The notes below the pieces were generated by a model, which was not told the origin of the DNA, did not search any database, and saw only the letters and a program-made list of their open reading frames with translations. The position numbers and the translations under genes are program-made. 64,000 nucleotides of DNA, from the NCBI RefSeq assembly GCF_963921235.1, contig NC_086097.1:219544001-219608000 (forward strand), written 5' to 3'. The first letter of the stretch is position 1, and each line of letters opens with the position of its first letter. Source of the stretch: Mobula hypostoma. Its lineage: Eukaryota. Shown here piece by piece: positions 11,770-24,974 of the stretch.

Positions 11770-13910
11770 TCCTCATGATCTATAGTACATATAGAATGCC
11801 TTGGTATTCTCTTTAATCCTACTTGCCAAGGAATTTTCATGGCCCTCTTGGCTTTCCTAATTCCCTTTTTGAGTTCTTTTATGGCTCCTTTATAATCCTC
11901 AAGGTCACTGTTTGATCCTAATTTCCTAAATTTACATACTTATCCTTTTCTTTGACTAAATTCATCACCTCCCCCGACATCCAAGGTTCTCTTACCTTGC
12001 CATCCTTGTCCTGCCTTCTGACTGGAACATACCTGTCCTGTAATCTGTGCAGTCGGTCTTTAAACCCTCAGAAGGTGGATGTGGACTTGCCCAAAAACAG
12101 CTGTTCCCAATTAACTCTCTAGTTACTGCTGTCAGAATTTGCCCTGCTCCAATTTAATGCTCTCCTGCAAGATCACTACACTCTCTCGCTTCTCACCCAC
12201 TGAAAGATTGTTCACCTGGCCAGGTAAGTTACCCAACACCAGATCTAGTACAGCCCCTCCTCTTGTTGGACTAGCTACACATGGATTTAAGATTCACCTA
12301 ACGAATTCTGCCCTGTCTAAACCTCTTACACCAAGAAAGTCCCAGTTTATATTAGGGAAGTTGAAGTCCCCATGACAACTACCCTATTGACTTTACACCT
12401 TTGCTTAATCTGCCTGCATATCTCTTACTCTATGTTCTAATGGCTATCCGGGGTGGGTCTGTGGTACAATCTCATCAGAGTGATTTCAGACTTACAGTTT
12501 TCGAGTTCTGCCCATATAGACTCAGTGGATGAGCCTCCATTATGTCCCCTCTCAGTGCAGCTGTGATATTGTCCATGATTACTAGTGCAACCCCACCCAC
12601 ACCTTCCTTTACCTCCTTTTCTATCTTTTCTAAAACATAGAAACCCTAGAATATTAAAAACAAAACATTCCTATTTCTCTCTCAACTAAGTCTCTGTAAT
12701 GGCCACAACATTATAGTTCCATGTACAGATTCATGCTCGAAGTTTATCACCTTTACACATAATACTCCTAGTATTAGCATATACACACTTCAAACTATAC
12801 ATCCTATTGTATTTATTACTTTGCTCCTGCTTGGTTTTAATAGCTCTAACATCTACCTTCCTCTCCATTCATCCACTTTCTGAGCTGATGCTCTGGTTCC
12901 TATCCCCCCGCCAAACAAATTTAAAACCTCCTGAATAGCACTAGCAAAACTTGCAGCCAGGTCTTCAGCCATGCATTTGTCTGTATTATCATTATATTCC
13001 AGCCCTGACTAACACATGACACTTGGAGCAATCTAAAGATTATTACCTTGGAGGTCCTGCTCCTTGTCCTCTTTCCTAACTTCCTATACTGTCTGTGCAG
13101 GATCTCTTCCCAGGTGCACCACAACCTGTGGTTGTTCACCCTCCCGCTTGAGAGTTTTCTGCAGCCACTCCAAGATATCCTGGACCCTAGCACCTGGAGT
13201 CAATAAACCATCCTGGTGTCTCTTTCACAGCCATAGAATCTCCAGTCCATTCGCCCAACTATTGAGTCTCCTATCATTATCCCTCTGTCTGACTTAACCC
13301 TTTCCTGGTGAGCCTCAGAGCCAGCCTCAAAACCACTGGTCTGGCTGTTGCTGCTGTGCTCTGATAGGTCATCCCACCCCCTGCAGAATCCAAGGGGTAT
13401 ACTTGTTGCTGAGGGAATGGCTGCAGGAGAAGCCTACACTAACTGCTGGCTCCCTTTACTTCTCCTGGTGGTCATCCATTTTCTTTCTGAAGTCTCACTC
13501 AGTACCTCAGTGACCACCTCAGTAAAAGTTTCATCAATGAGTTTTTCAACATCCTAGATGGTCCTGAGTACATCCAGCTCCATGTCATCTGCAAACCTAC
13601 TAACCCGTCCTTCCACTTCCTCATCTAGTCATTTATAAACAGCAGGAATCCCAGAACAGATCTCCGTGGCACACCACTGGTCACCAACCTCCAGACAGAA
13701 TGCTCTCCAATTGTTATAACCTGTCTTCTGCGGGCAAGTCAATTTTGAATCCAGGCAGTTATGTTTTTCTGGATCCCATGCCTCCAGACTTTCTGAATGA
13801 GCCGACCTTGAGGAACCTTATCAAGCTCCTTACTAAAATCCACATTTACCATATCTACAGCTCTGCCTTCATCAAATATTTTGCCACTTCCTCAAAGAAT
13901 TCAATCACTT
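11770..13910 (-). mobile_element. Decayed CR1 fragments: APE endonuclease, ORF1 SGNH-esterase-like region and an RT piece
   Basis: GDFNFPNINW near 12340-12372; 12900-13330 is homologous to the ORF1 region at 34500-35040; VTSGVP RT piece near 13660-13690. Confidence 0.75.
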
Positions 13911-14774
13911 TTTTTTAACCTGCTTTAAGTATTTTGATTAAAAACAAAGGTAATTCTAATAACTGTCAATGTTGGCATTGACAAAGGTTTTATTATGACA
14001 AAAGCTAGTGGAGGGTAGTCAGGATACTGAGTCCTCCAGCTGTCCAAATCTGCATTAGGGACAATGAATTAGTTTTGTGCCATTTTATAAACTGAAATAT
14101 GGAAATTAATTATTATCCATTGAATGTAGCTTCCTCATTGTCCCTGCCATGGGGCTGTTTGCAAGCATAATCATGGAGCAATAGGAAGTTAGTAAGACAT
14201 CAATTCATTAAGAAAAGGACTCCTTTGGCAATTCTTATTATTGAATTATAATGTATTCTAAGATTGATGTCATATTCATAAATCACCATTAAACTTGCAT
14301 CTCACTATCTAGACTTCCACCAGAAAAGCTATAAAGAAGATAAATTAAAAGGGATCAACTATAATGTGCTTCTATTGGTGTAGAGTTTTGAATGAAGGGA
14401 TTACATGTTGATGATTTAATTAAAGGCAGGTTACTTTCCATTTACTACATTTGTCAATTTTTCAAATCACAGCTCCCATTGTTGTCGGCGTAAAATATTT
14501 TTGAAAATGTGATGAAAAGTTAGCGATTTGTCTAAAAAAAAGGGGTCAAAAATGAGATAAAGAGAATTTATTAACCAGGCCAAAAACAAATAGAATCACA
14601 CCATTAAAAAGCGAAGATGGTGGAGTGGAAGATAGTAGAGGAGAGATAATGGAATGAGTCACCATTCATATTTACACCAAGAACCAACAACACAAGAAAC
14701 TGGGAGAAGGACTAGAGTCCTGAAGCCAGCCATGCCACCAATGTAAACAAGGCTGATCTATGCTGACCTCACAA

Positions 14775-15225
14775 ACAATCTGCTGGAATAACTCAATGGA
14801 TCAAGTAGCTCAAGAAAGGAATTGTTGACACTTTGGGCTGAAACCCTGCATCAGGGCTGAGGGTGGAGAGGTGAGGGGCCAGTATAGAAATAAGAAGGGA
14901 GTGGGGAGAAAAGTGCATGGGGAGTAATAAGGAATGTACCAATGGCAGCCAATCTGTGCCAGGCAGAGAGGAGAGCAGGAGTGGAGCTGGAAAAAGGTGG
15001 CACTTGAAAGACAAAAGGAGACAAACGAAGAGAGAAATGGAAAATGGGGAATAATGATGGAGGAAGTTGGACTGAGTTGTAGTGTGATCATTGGAGACAG
15101 CTGCAGGAGGGAGATAAGTGGAACAAAGAGATTGCCAGTGATGGATTTTGATAAGTAAAGGAGGCAAGAATGGGAACCATTAGGAGAGAGGTGATTGGTG
15201 GCTGAATCCAGAACCAAATATGGCC
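14775..15225 (-). mobile_element. Old Penelope pLTR/3' UTR with degenerate hammerhead motif
   Basis: The minus strand reads cagccCTGATGcAGGGtttcagCCCaaagtGTCaac at about 14824-14859, next to a purine-rich UTR-like tract and a gctgga-aactca motif shared with the other pLTRs. Confidence 0.6.
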
Positions 15226-15449
15226 TCAAGATCTCTGTTGCTCCAATTCCCCAAAGCCCTCAAATCCTTGATTCTTTAAGTATTTATTTATTTCTAATTT
15301 AACTATATCTAAAGATCTGACCTCTACCGCCCTCGGGGGCAAAGAATTTCAGGGATTCACTTTTCTCTGACAGAAGAAACTCTACACACCTGATTTAAAG
15401 GACCAGCCAATTATCTTGTAACTATGACCTTTTGCTTGTGGCCCCAGTG

Positions 15450-15517
15450 CAGGAGCTTCCACCAACCCCTCAGTTAATGGTAGGGGTCTAGGGTACAAAA
15501 AAGGTTGGAAACACCTG
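15450..15517. mobile_element. Tiny hAT/Charlie-type MITE within an old CR1 3' end
   Basis: Ends CAGGA...CCTG with aaggttggaaacacctg; 8-bp flanks ccccagtg and ctctagtg resemble a Charlie-type target. Confidence 0.5.
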
Positions 15518-15852
15518 CTCTAGTGGCAGCATCCGAACATCTACCATGTCAAGCCCCTTTAAGATCTTATACGTTTAAAAATTTTATCCGACATTATTCT
15601 AAACTCCAAGGAGGAACATAAAATGGTAAATTGGATTATTATTGTCCAGCGTACCAATGTATAGTAAAAAGAACTTGTCGCGCATACCAGTTATACAAGT
15701 TAATTTGCTACAAAAGCTCGTTGAAGGAGTACAAGGTAAAACAGTAAAAGAATGCAGAATAAAGTGTTACAGTTACAGAGAAAGTGCAATACAGGTAGAC
15801 AATAAGGCACAAGGTCATAATGAAGTAGACTCTGAGGTTAAGAGCCTATTTT

Positions 15853-16730
15853 GTGTGGCTAGGCACTTCTATAAATTTGCCGATGACCAATCTATTTTTG
15901 GCAGAATTTCAGATGGTGATGAGGATGTGTACAGAAGTGTGATAGATCAGCTGGTTGAGTGGTATTGCAGCTACAACATTGCATTTAATGTCAGTAAGAT
16001 CAAAGAAGTGATAGTAGACTGCAGGAAGTCGAGGGAATACACACTGATTGACGGATCAGCAGTGGACAGGGTGAGCAGTTTCAAGTTCCTGGGTGTCAAC
16101 TCCTCCGAAGATCTATCCTGGGCCCAACATACTGATGCAATTGCAAAGAAGGCGCAACAATGGTTATATTTCAGGCAAAGTTTCTGAAGACAGTATGTTA
16201 CTAAAGATACTTGCAAATTTCAGTATATATACAGTGCAGAGCCATATAACTGATTGCATCACCATCTGGTAAGGAGGGGCCACTGCACAGGATCAGAAAA
16301 AGTTGCAGAAAATTGTAAACTCAGCCAGCTCCATCATAGGCACTAGCATTCCCAGTGTCCAGGACACCTTCAAAAGGCAATGTCTCAAATAGGCAGCATG
16401 CATCATTAAGAACCCTGATCACCCAGGACACACCCTCTTCTCATTGCTGCCGTCAAGGAGGTACAGAAGCCTGAAGACACACACTCATTGTTTCAGGAAC
16501 AGCTACTTCCCCTCTGCCATCAGTTTTCTGAATGGACAATGAACTCATGAACACTTCCTCAGTATATTTTCCCCTCTGTTCTTTTTCTACTTATTTAATT
16601 TAATTTAATTTTTTATATACACCTCTTATTGCAATTTATAGTTTGTATTATTACGTATTACAACTTACTGCTGCTGCAAAACAATAAATTTCAAAATATG
16701 CCAGTGATATTAAACCTGATTCTGATTCTA
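15853..16730 (+). mobile_element. Rex1/Babar LINE 3' fragment
   Basis: YKFADDQSIFGRISDGDE and VDRVSSFKFLGVNSSEDLSW; attaaacctgattctgattct tail; atttt on both flanks. Confidence 0.85.
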
Positions 16731-17428
16731 ATTTTATCATACGAGGGAACCATTCAACAGTCCTTGAGCCTGGTGGTAAGTGCTTTCAGGTTTTGTGTAT
16801 TCTGCTGGATGGAGGGTGGGGCAGTGGAGAGAAGAAAGAATGTCTGGCATATGTGGGTCTTTGACGATGCTGGCCGCTTTACCGAGGCAGCAAGAGGTGT
16901 CCACAGAGTCAATGGAGGGAGAACTGGTTTCATTAATGTACTGAGCTCCACCACTCTCTACAATGTATCATGGTCACGGGCAGAGAGATTACTATAGCAA
17001 CCGTGATGTATCTGGATAAGATGGCTTCTATTGTGCTTCAACAAAAATTGAACCAGAATCAGAATAAGGTTTAATATCACTGGCATATGTTGTGAAATTA
17101 ATTAATGTAGCTGGTGTGTAGCAGTACAATGAAATATATGATAAATAAATATAAAGGGAAAAACTGAATTACATTAAGTGGTGTTCCACAGGGGTTGGTG
17201 CTGGGACCACTTCTTTTTATGCTATTTATCAATGATTCAGGTGTTGGAATAGATGGCTTTCTTGCCGAGCTTGCAGATGAAATGAAGATTGGTGGAGGGG
17301 TAGGTAGTGTTGAGGAAACAAGTTGGATGCAGAAGGACTTAGACAGATTAGAAGATTGGGCAAGAGAGTGGCAAATAAAACAATGTTGGAAAATGCATGG
17401 TCATGCACTTTGGTAGAAGAAATAAATG

Positions 17429-18623
17429 ACACTAGACACTAAACACTAGAATACTACAGCACAGTACAGGCCTTTTGGCCCTCGATGTTGTGCCGACCCA
17501 TATATCCCTTAAAAAAAAGTACTAAACCCACACTGCCCCATAACCCTCTATTTTTCTTTCATCCATGTGCCTGTCCAAGAGGTTCTTAAATACCCCTAAT
17601 GTCTTAGACTCCACCACCATCCCTGGCAAGTCATTCCAAGCACCCACAACCTTCTGTGTAAAAAACTTACCCCTGATGTCTCCCCTAAACTTCCCTCCCT
17701 TAACTTTGCACATATGCCCTCTGGTGTTTGCTATTCATGCCCTGGGAAACAGGTACTGGCTATCCACCCTATCTATGCCTCTCATAATCTTGTAGACCTC
17801 TATCAAGTCCCCTCTCATCCTTCTACACTCCAAAGAGAAAAGTCCCAGCTCTGCTAACCTTGCCTCAGAAGACTTGTTTCCCAATCCAGGCAACATTCTG
17901 GTAAATCTCCTCTGCACCCTCTCCATAGCTTCCACATCCTTCCTATAATGAGGTGACCAGAACTGAACACAATACTCTAAGTGTGGTCCCACCAGAGATT
18001 TGTAGAGTTGCAATATGACCTCTCTACCCTTGAACTCAATCCCCTTGTTAATGAAGCCTAGCATCCCATAGGCTTTCTTTACTATCCTATCAACTTGTGC
18101 AGTGACCTTGAGGGATGTATGGATTTGAAACCCAGGGTCCCTCTGTTCATCCACACTCCTAAATAACTGACCATTAACCCTGTACTCAGCCTTCTGGTTT
18201 GTCCTTCCAAAATGCATCACCTCACACTTATCCGGATTGAACTCCGTCTGCCACTTTTCTGCCCAACTCTGCATCCAGTCTATATCCTCTTGTAACCTTC
18301 AACAACCTACAGCTCCATTCACAACTCCTTCAATCTTCGTGTCATCCGCAAACTTACTCACCCATCCTTCCGCCTCTTCATCCAGGTCATTTATAAAAAT
18401 CACAAAGAGCAGGCGTCCCAGGACAGATCCTTGCGGCACTCCACTAGTCACCAACCTCCAGGCAGAATACTTTCCTTCCACTACTACCCTCTGCTTTCTT
18501 CCTGTAAGCCAATTTTTTTATCCAAACAGCCAAGGTTCCACTGATCCCATGCCTCATGACTTTCTGGATGAGTCTCTCGTAGGGAACCTCGTCAAATGCC
18601 TTGCTAAAATCCATGTAGACCAC
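17429..18623 (-). mobile_element. CR1 LINE 3' fragment
   Basis: ORFs 18444..18677 (YMDFSKAFDEV), 18299..18481 (KFADDTK) and 17735..18274; aaatg on both flanks. Confidence 0.9.
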
Positions 18624-19179
18624 AAATGTGTAGATTATTTTCCAAATGGGGAGAAAATCCAAAAATCTAAGATGCAAAGGGACTTTGGATTCCTTGGGCA
18701 GAACTTAACTTGCACATTAAGTCGGTGGTGAGGAAGGCAAATGCAATGTTAACAATCATTTCAAAGTCTCGAATACAAGAGCAGGGATGTGCTGCTGAGG
18801 CTTTGTAAGGCACTGGTGAGGCTTCACCTTGAGTATTGTGAACAGTTTTGGGCCCCTCATCTTAGAAAAGATGTGCTGGCATTGCAGAGGGTCCAGAGGA
18901 GGTTCACGAGGATGATTCCAGGAATGAAAAAGTTATCATGTGAGGAACGTTTGATGGCTCTGGGTCTGTATTCACTGGAATTTAGAAGGATGAGGGAGGA
19001 TCTCATTGAAACCTTTAGAATGTTGAAAGGCCTCGACAGAGTAAATGTGGAAAGGGTGTTTCCCATGGTGGGAGATTCTAGGACAAGAGGGCACAGCCTC
19101 AGGATAGAGGGGCTTCCATTTAAAACAGATGTGGAGAATTTTTTTAGCCAGTGGATGGTGAATTTGTGTAATTTATTAC

Positions 19180-19475
19180 ATATAAAACATAGAAACATAG
19201 AAAACCTACAGCACACTATAGGTCCTTTGGCCCGCAATGCTGTGCCAAACATGTACTTATTTTAGAAACTACCTAGGGTTACCTATAGCCCTCTATTTTT
19301 CCAAGCTCGATGTACCTATCCAGGAGTTTCTTAAAAGACCCTATCGTATCTGTCTCTACCACTAATGCCGGCAGCCCGTTCCACGCACTCACCACTGTCT
19401 GCGTAACAAACTTACCCTTAACACCTCTGTACCTACTTCCATGCACCTTAAAACTGTGCCCTTTCGTATTAGCCA
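19180..19475 (-). mobile_element. Short CR1 3' end
   Basis: (CATAGAAA)n tail on the + strand; KGHSFKV...SAWNGLP peptide. Confidence 0.8.
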
Positions 19476-20039
19476 TATTACCACAGGTAGCTGTAGAGGC
19501 CTGGTCGTTGGGAGTATTTAAGGCAGAGCTTGATTGGTTCTTGATTGGACATGGCATCAAAGGTTACGGGGAGAAGGCTGGGGAGTGGGGCTGAGGAGGG
19601 GAAAAAAGAATCAGCCATGATTGAATGATGGAGCAGACTCAGTGGGCCAAATGGTTGAATTCTGTTCCTATGTCTTATGGTCTTATAAGTATGTATCTGT
19701 CTATTAAATAGTTAAGTTAAAAATAAGTAGTTGAAAAAAAGAAATAAAAAAGTAGTGAGGTAGTGTTCAAGGGTTCAATGTCCATTTAGGAATCGGATGG
19801 CAGAGGGGAAGAAGCTGTTCCTGAATCTCTGAGTGCTGAGGGTCAGCAGGAGCATGCCAAATCTCTTTAGGTTTCTGAGGAAGCAGAGGCACTGCTGAGC
19901 TTTATTAGCCATGGAATCAACGTGATTGAACAGTACCTGCTATTGGTGACACAGAACCTAACTGTCTAGCCTCTCCTTATAGAGAAAACCCACTCAATAA
20001 CACATTGGTTCAAACGCTTATGGAAGACTGTTTAGAATT

Positions 20040-20325
20040 CTGTTGACTGTCAGTTCTAAGATTCAGTGCCTGTCTGTGAGGAGTTTGTACATTCTCCTGG
20101 AAGCAAGTGGATTTCCTTTGGTGCTCTGGTTTCCTCCCACACTCCAAAGATGCACAGGTTAGAGTTTGTAAGTTTGAGCGTGATATGCTGGTGTCAGATG
20201 CATGGCAACACTACCAGGCTGCTCCCAGCATATCTCAGACAGGGTTGGTCATTGGTGCAAACAATGCATTTCACTGAATGTTACAATGCACATGTGACAA
20301 ATAAAGCTAACCTTAAAAACCTTTA
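20040..20325 (+). mobile_element. V-SINE (HE1-like)
   Basis: V-domain gagtttgtacattctcc...ggtttcctcccacactccaaaga; tail gtgacaaataaagcta. Confidence 0.7.
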
Positions 20326-20529
20326 AAAAATACATTGATAAAATAATATGTTTAAAAAATTAATGCCCAGATGGAAGTGTTAAACCTGTGAATAGTTGAT
20401 CAGATGCATTTCTCATTTAGGAACCAAACGCAACACAGCATTGTTTACGGTACACAACTTTCTTTATTTATACAAATAATATGCTAATTACATCTAATAT
20501 GCTCATTACATCTTAGGTCTCATATGATA

Positions 20530-21680
20530 GATAAGGTTGAAAGAGTACGTAGAAAATTTACGAGGATTTTGCTGGGCCTGGAGGACCTGAGTTATAACGG
20601 AAGATTGAATAGGTTAGGACTTTATTCCTTGGAATGTAGAAGATTGAGAAGAATTTGTTAGAGATATATAAAACTATGAGGGGTACAGATAAGGTAAATG
20701 CAAGAAGGCTTTTTCCATTGACGGTGGGTGGGTTAGAGGTCATGAGTTAAGGTTGAAAGGTGAAAAGTTTAAGGGGAATATGAGGGGAAACTTCTTCACT
20801 CAGAGGGTCGTGAGAGTGTGGAAGGAACTGCAAGTGCAAGTGGTACAATGCAGCTTGATTTCAATGTTTAAGGGAAGTTTGGATAGGTACATGGATGACA
20901 GGGGTATGGAGGGCTATGGTCCTGGTGCAGGTTGATGGGAGTAGGCAGTTTAAAAGGTTCAGCATGGACTAGTTGGGCCAAAGGGCCTGTTTCTGTGCTG
21001 TACTGTTTCTATGGCTCTATGATTCTATGCACTGGCATTGGAGAGGGTCCAGAGGAGGTTTATGAGTAGATCCCAGGAATGAAAGGTATGAGTAGGGATT
21101 GATAGTTCTCTGCCTGTGTCAGAATCAGAATCAGGTTTATTCTCACCACCATGTGACATGAAATTTGTTAACTTAGCATCAGCAGTTCAATGCAATACGT
21201 AATATAAAAGAGAAAAATAAGTAAACAAATAAAAATATTAATAATAATAATAAGTAAATAAAGTACAAGCTGGAATTCAGAAAATGAATGAAGATCTCAT
21301 TGAAAGCTGCTGAATATTGAAATTCCGAGATAGAATGGATGTGGAGTAGATGTTTCCAATGGTGGGAGAGTCTAGGACTAGAGGGAAATCTCAAAATAGA
21401 AGGACGTTCTTTAAAACAAAATTGAGTAGATATTTCTTTAGCCATAGGGTGGTGAATCTGTAGAATTCATTGCCATAGATGACTGGAGAAGGCCAAGTCA
21501 TTAGATATATTTAAAATTGAGGTTGAAAGTTTCTTGATTAGTAAGTTCATAACCGGATTCATGGAGAATGCAGAAGAATGGGGTTGAGAGGGGAAATAAA
21601 TCAGCCTTAATTGAATGGCAGGGATTAAACACAATGGGCTAAATGGCCTAATTCTTCTCCGCTGTCTTATAGTCTTATGA
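20530..21680 (+). mobile_element. Two tandem CR1 3' ends, the second interrupted by an antisense Rex1-type tail (about 21120-21265)
   Basis: RGNFFTQRVV; tails ctatgattctatg near 21028 and tcttatagtcttatg near 21679; cagaatcagaatcaggtttatt at 21120. Confidence 0.75.
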
Positions 21681-22146
21681 TGTCAGGAGTGGGTTCAGAA
21701 TTTGGGTTAGAAATCAAATCTTCTGGATGCTAAAACTATATTAGAGAAGACTCTGTGAAATCTGGAGTTGTATAATAAACCTATTTAAATCACCATGTCT
21801 TTGTGCATTATGAGATTAATGAGGAGTGTAACAAATTAAGGCAATATCTATTTAATTAGATTCCAAAGGCTGTGTGCAAACACCATTAATATGATTTAGT
21901 AAAGATATTGATTAACAAATGGTGGGAAAGATTAATATTCAGCCAACATTTCTTTAATGAAAAGAATTAATCCTATCAGTGGTAACAAAGTGGAATACTG
22001 GCCTTTAATGTAAGATCTGGATACCCAGTGACTTCTGAATACAGATGGGGTCCTGACAGTAATAAAAATATTATACATGGAACATGCTGTATTGCGATGA
22101 GGTAATTTCAAACACCGCATAATGATGCTATTTATTCAGGAAGGAA

Positions 22147-22360
22147 TAGTGGTGCACTAAGCAGATCTACAGCCTCGCGGAGCCAGGGATCAGTGTGCGA
22201 CCCTGACATCAGGTTCAGTTCCGTGGAGTTACACATTCTCCCAGTGGCTGCTCATGCTTCCCCTGGGTGCTGTAATTTCCTCTTACTTTCCAAAGGCACT
22301 CTGGTTGGTAGGTTATTTGGCCACTGTAAATTGTCCCCAGTGTAGGTAAGCGGTACAATC
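22147..22360 (+). mobile_element. V-SINE, degenerate
   Basis: gtggagttacacattctccc...ccaaagg...ggccactgtaaattgtcccc V-domain. Confidence 0.6.
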
Positions 22361-22361
22361 T

Positions 22362-23245
22362 GATTTCATAACATGTGAGGTCAGTGCCACCGGTCTGTAG
22401 TCACTGGGTGTGGTGGGACATGTTTCCTTGGGTACTGGAACTAGGCAGGATATTTTTCCACAGCACAGCGACTCTCTCCAGGCTCAGGTGCAGATTAAAG
22501 ATGTATTGAAAGACTGCACCCAGCTGAGTAGCACACACCTTGAGTACCCTTGGGCTGATGCCGTCTGGACCCACTGCCTTGCCTGGGTGAAGCCTACTAA
22601 GCTCTCTCCTTACCTGCTCAGCAGTGACAGTCCATGTGCCTGTGGTCATTGTCTCTCTGGTGTCCTTGGAGAGAGATAGAGGGTGAAGGGTGAGAGGGAA
22701 GGAGCTGGGGGTAGATGTGTTATAGATGCCTCCTCATCACACCTGTTGAAAAGCCCGTTTAACCCATTGGCCCTGTCTCAGTCCCCTTCAATCACCTGTT
22801 CTCTGGTCTTTTTGTACCCTGTGATCGTTTTCAAAGCACTCCACAAATCCTTTGTGTTGTTCTGCTGTAGTTTCCTCTCCAGCTTCCTCCTGTAGCAGTC
22901 CTTGCCCTGGGCAATCTTCTCCCTCGGCTCCCTTTGAGCTAGCCTCATCTCCTGTCTATCTCCATTTCTGAATACCCTCTTCTTCCTGTTCAGTATGGCC
23001 TTGATGTTTTGGTGACCCAAGGTTTATACTTAGGGAAACAACATACAGTCCTAGTTGGAATGGTATTATCCACACAGAAGCTGATGTACCCTGTAATGCA
23101 GTCCATCAATGTCCTCTCCATATGGACTACAGATCACACCCCGGTCTGTCCCTTCAAAGCAGCCTTGCAGGGCCTCATTGGCCTCCTGGTTATATGCTGG
23201 TGGTATCTGGGCAGAGCCTTCTTCAAGCGAGCCTGGTTGAAGTGC
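22362..23245 (-). mobile_element. Rex1/Babar LINE internal fragment (linker and RT N-terminus)
   Basis: KAVGPDGISPRVLKVCATQL and KAILNRKKRVFRNGD...LWSALKTITGYK. Confidence 0.8.
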
Positions 23246-23247
23246 TG

Positions 23248-23556
23248 GACCATGGTGTGTAGTAAGATTATGCTGGGATAAAACAGCACTTGTGATCGGG
23301 GTTCAATTCCTGCCGCTACCTCTAAGGAGTTTGTACATTCTCTCCGTGTGCACCTGGGTTTCCTCCAGATGCTCCAGTTCCCTCCCACCTTCCAAAGACG
23401 TACGGGTTAGGAAGTTGTAGGCATGCTATGTTGGCACTGGAAGCAAGGCAAATACTGATGGGCCGACCCCTGTGCATTTTGGATTGTGTTGCTTATTGAC
23501 GCATACAATGCATTTCATTGAATGTTTCGATATACAAATGACAAATAAAGCTTATG
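23248..23556 (+). mobile_element. V-SINE with tRNA-derived head
   Basis: B box ggttcaattcc near 23300, V-domain, and gacaaataaagc tail. Confidence 0.75.
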
Positions 23557-23569
23557 TTTAAATCAGGGC

Positions 23570-23869
23570 TTGTGTGAGCCCGTGGCCAAGTGGTTAAGGC
23601 ATTGGACTAGCGACTTGAAGGTTGTGAGTTCAAGCCCCAGCCGAGGCAACGTGTTGTGTCCTTGAGCAAAGCACTTAATCACACATTGCTCTGCGACGAC
23701 ACTGGTGCCAAGCTGCATGGGTCCTAATGCACTTCCCTTGAACGACAACAGTGTCGTGGAGAGGGGCAACTGCTGGTCTTCCATACAACCTTGCCCAGGC
23801 CTGCGCCATGGAGAGTGAAGACTTTCCAGGTGCAGATCCATGGTCTCGCAGGACTAATGGATGCCTTTA
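23570..23869 (+). mobile_element. tRNA-derived SINE with CORE-like body and RTE-type 3' end
   Basis: A box TGGCCAAGTGG and B box GAGTTCAAGCC; gtgtccttgagcaaagcacttaa; 13-bp TSD tttaaatcagggc at 23557-23569 and 23870-23882. Confidence 0.85.
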
Positions 23870-24974
23870 TTTAAATCAGGGCATTTAGATTTCACTGTAA
23901 GATGCAATTCTATTGCTGCAAACTGAGTTTCCACAGGGCTGAAGATGTTGGCAGCCAGTAAATCCATCCCGGAAGTCACACAAACCTTGTTCATACATAT
24001 GGGCAGTCCATTAGTTGGGTGTTCTTAGCCTGGGAAGGATCTATATTGGGATTTGCAAATATCAGAAAGTGGATTATCAGACATTTACTGCATAAATTAA
24101 TATTCCCATAATGGTTATTGATGGTTCTTCTTGGAAGAGTACAGTCTAATTTTGTGGTGGATATTGTGCAGAGAGTGTTGAGGTTTGATGCCAGGCTGAT
24201 GAGGAAATTGCATTACAGCCACAAGGACCCTGAAGTTGGTAAGAACAATAGAAGATTTCTAGAATTGTTGAAAGTACACCAGAAAGAGTTATTATCCTAT
24301 TTTATCCAAGAAAACTCCACTTTCAATGGCATATTGCTGAAATAAACAATGTTACATCAAATTTCTAGGTCACTTTGCTTTTAGAATCCAAACATGACAC
24401 ATGGATTTAAATTATTAGCCTTTAAGGAATGCAATTTTATTGCACTTCGCAAAAGCTGAGATGTAATCCACAAAAAAAATGTCTTGTGTGTTCAGATAAT
24501 GAAACACTTGGAAGGAAATTTATGCAGGAAAATGGAAAAGTGAAAGAGATAATGGGAAGTGAGACACCACTCATTCAAATTCCCAGCTTATCTGAAATGG
24601 ATATCATGCAGGAGTTGTGTTTGCTTAGAAATTAAGTCATATTGAATGGTTTTGATTTGCAAGGCTGTGATGGAGTCTCTGATCTGAAAGGCGTTTTTGG
24701 GTCAAAAATAGAATAAAGGTGTTGTGAATGTAATAAAATCCATTGTGGCACAGGAAAGAGTCTGGTTGTCCTTAGCAGACAGTAAATATCTAGTTAAAAC
24801 TGAAGAATTAATCCATAACGGATCCAGAATTTAAATAAATCAAATGAATCAGATGAATTCAACTAGGGCAAAGTGAGAATAAAAAGGCAAAATCACAGAT
24901 GAATTACTTAGAGTGGAAATGGCCAATTCTGATACGGGTAGAAAAAAACGAGTCACCTGAAGTTGTGGAATTCA

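Larger units (their letters stand above)
17180..19685 (+). mobile_element. CR1 LINE 3' part interrupted by two antisense CR1 insertions
   Basis: SGVPQGLVLGPLLF and ORF 18789..19265; (TCTTATGG)n tail; taagt TSD at 17175-17179 and 19686-19690. Confidence 0.85.
15626..19950 (-). mobile_element. Rex1-related LINE 3' region hosting several nested insertions
   Basis: Pieces at 15626-15852, 16736-17050 and about 19836-19950 join collinearly and are homologous to 46760-46979 plus 48526-48570. Confidence 0.65.

Noticed and set aside
15642..16187. 181-aa ORF as a host gene
   Set aside because: Chance fusion of an antisense repeat tail with a Rex1 RT fragment.
23575..23645. tRNA gene
   Set aside because: A and B boxes are present, but the sequence continues into a SINE body flanked by a 13-bp TSD and lacks a clean cloverleaf.
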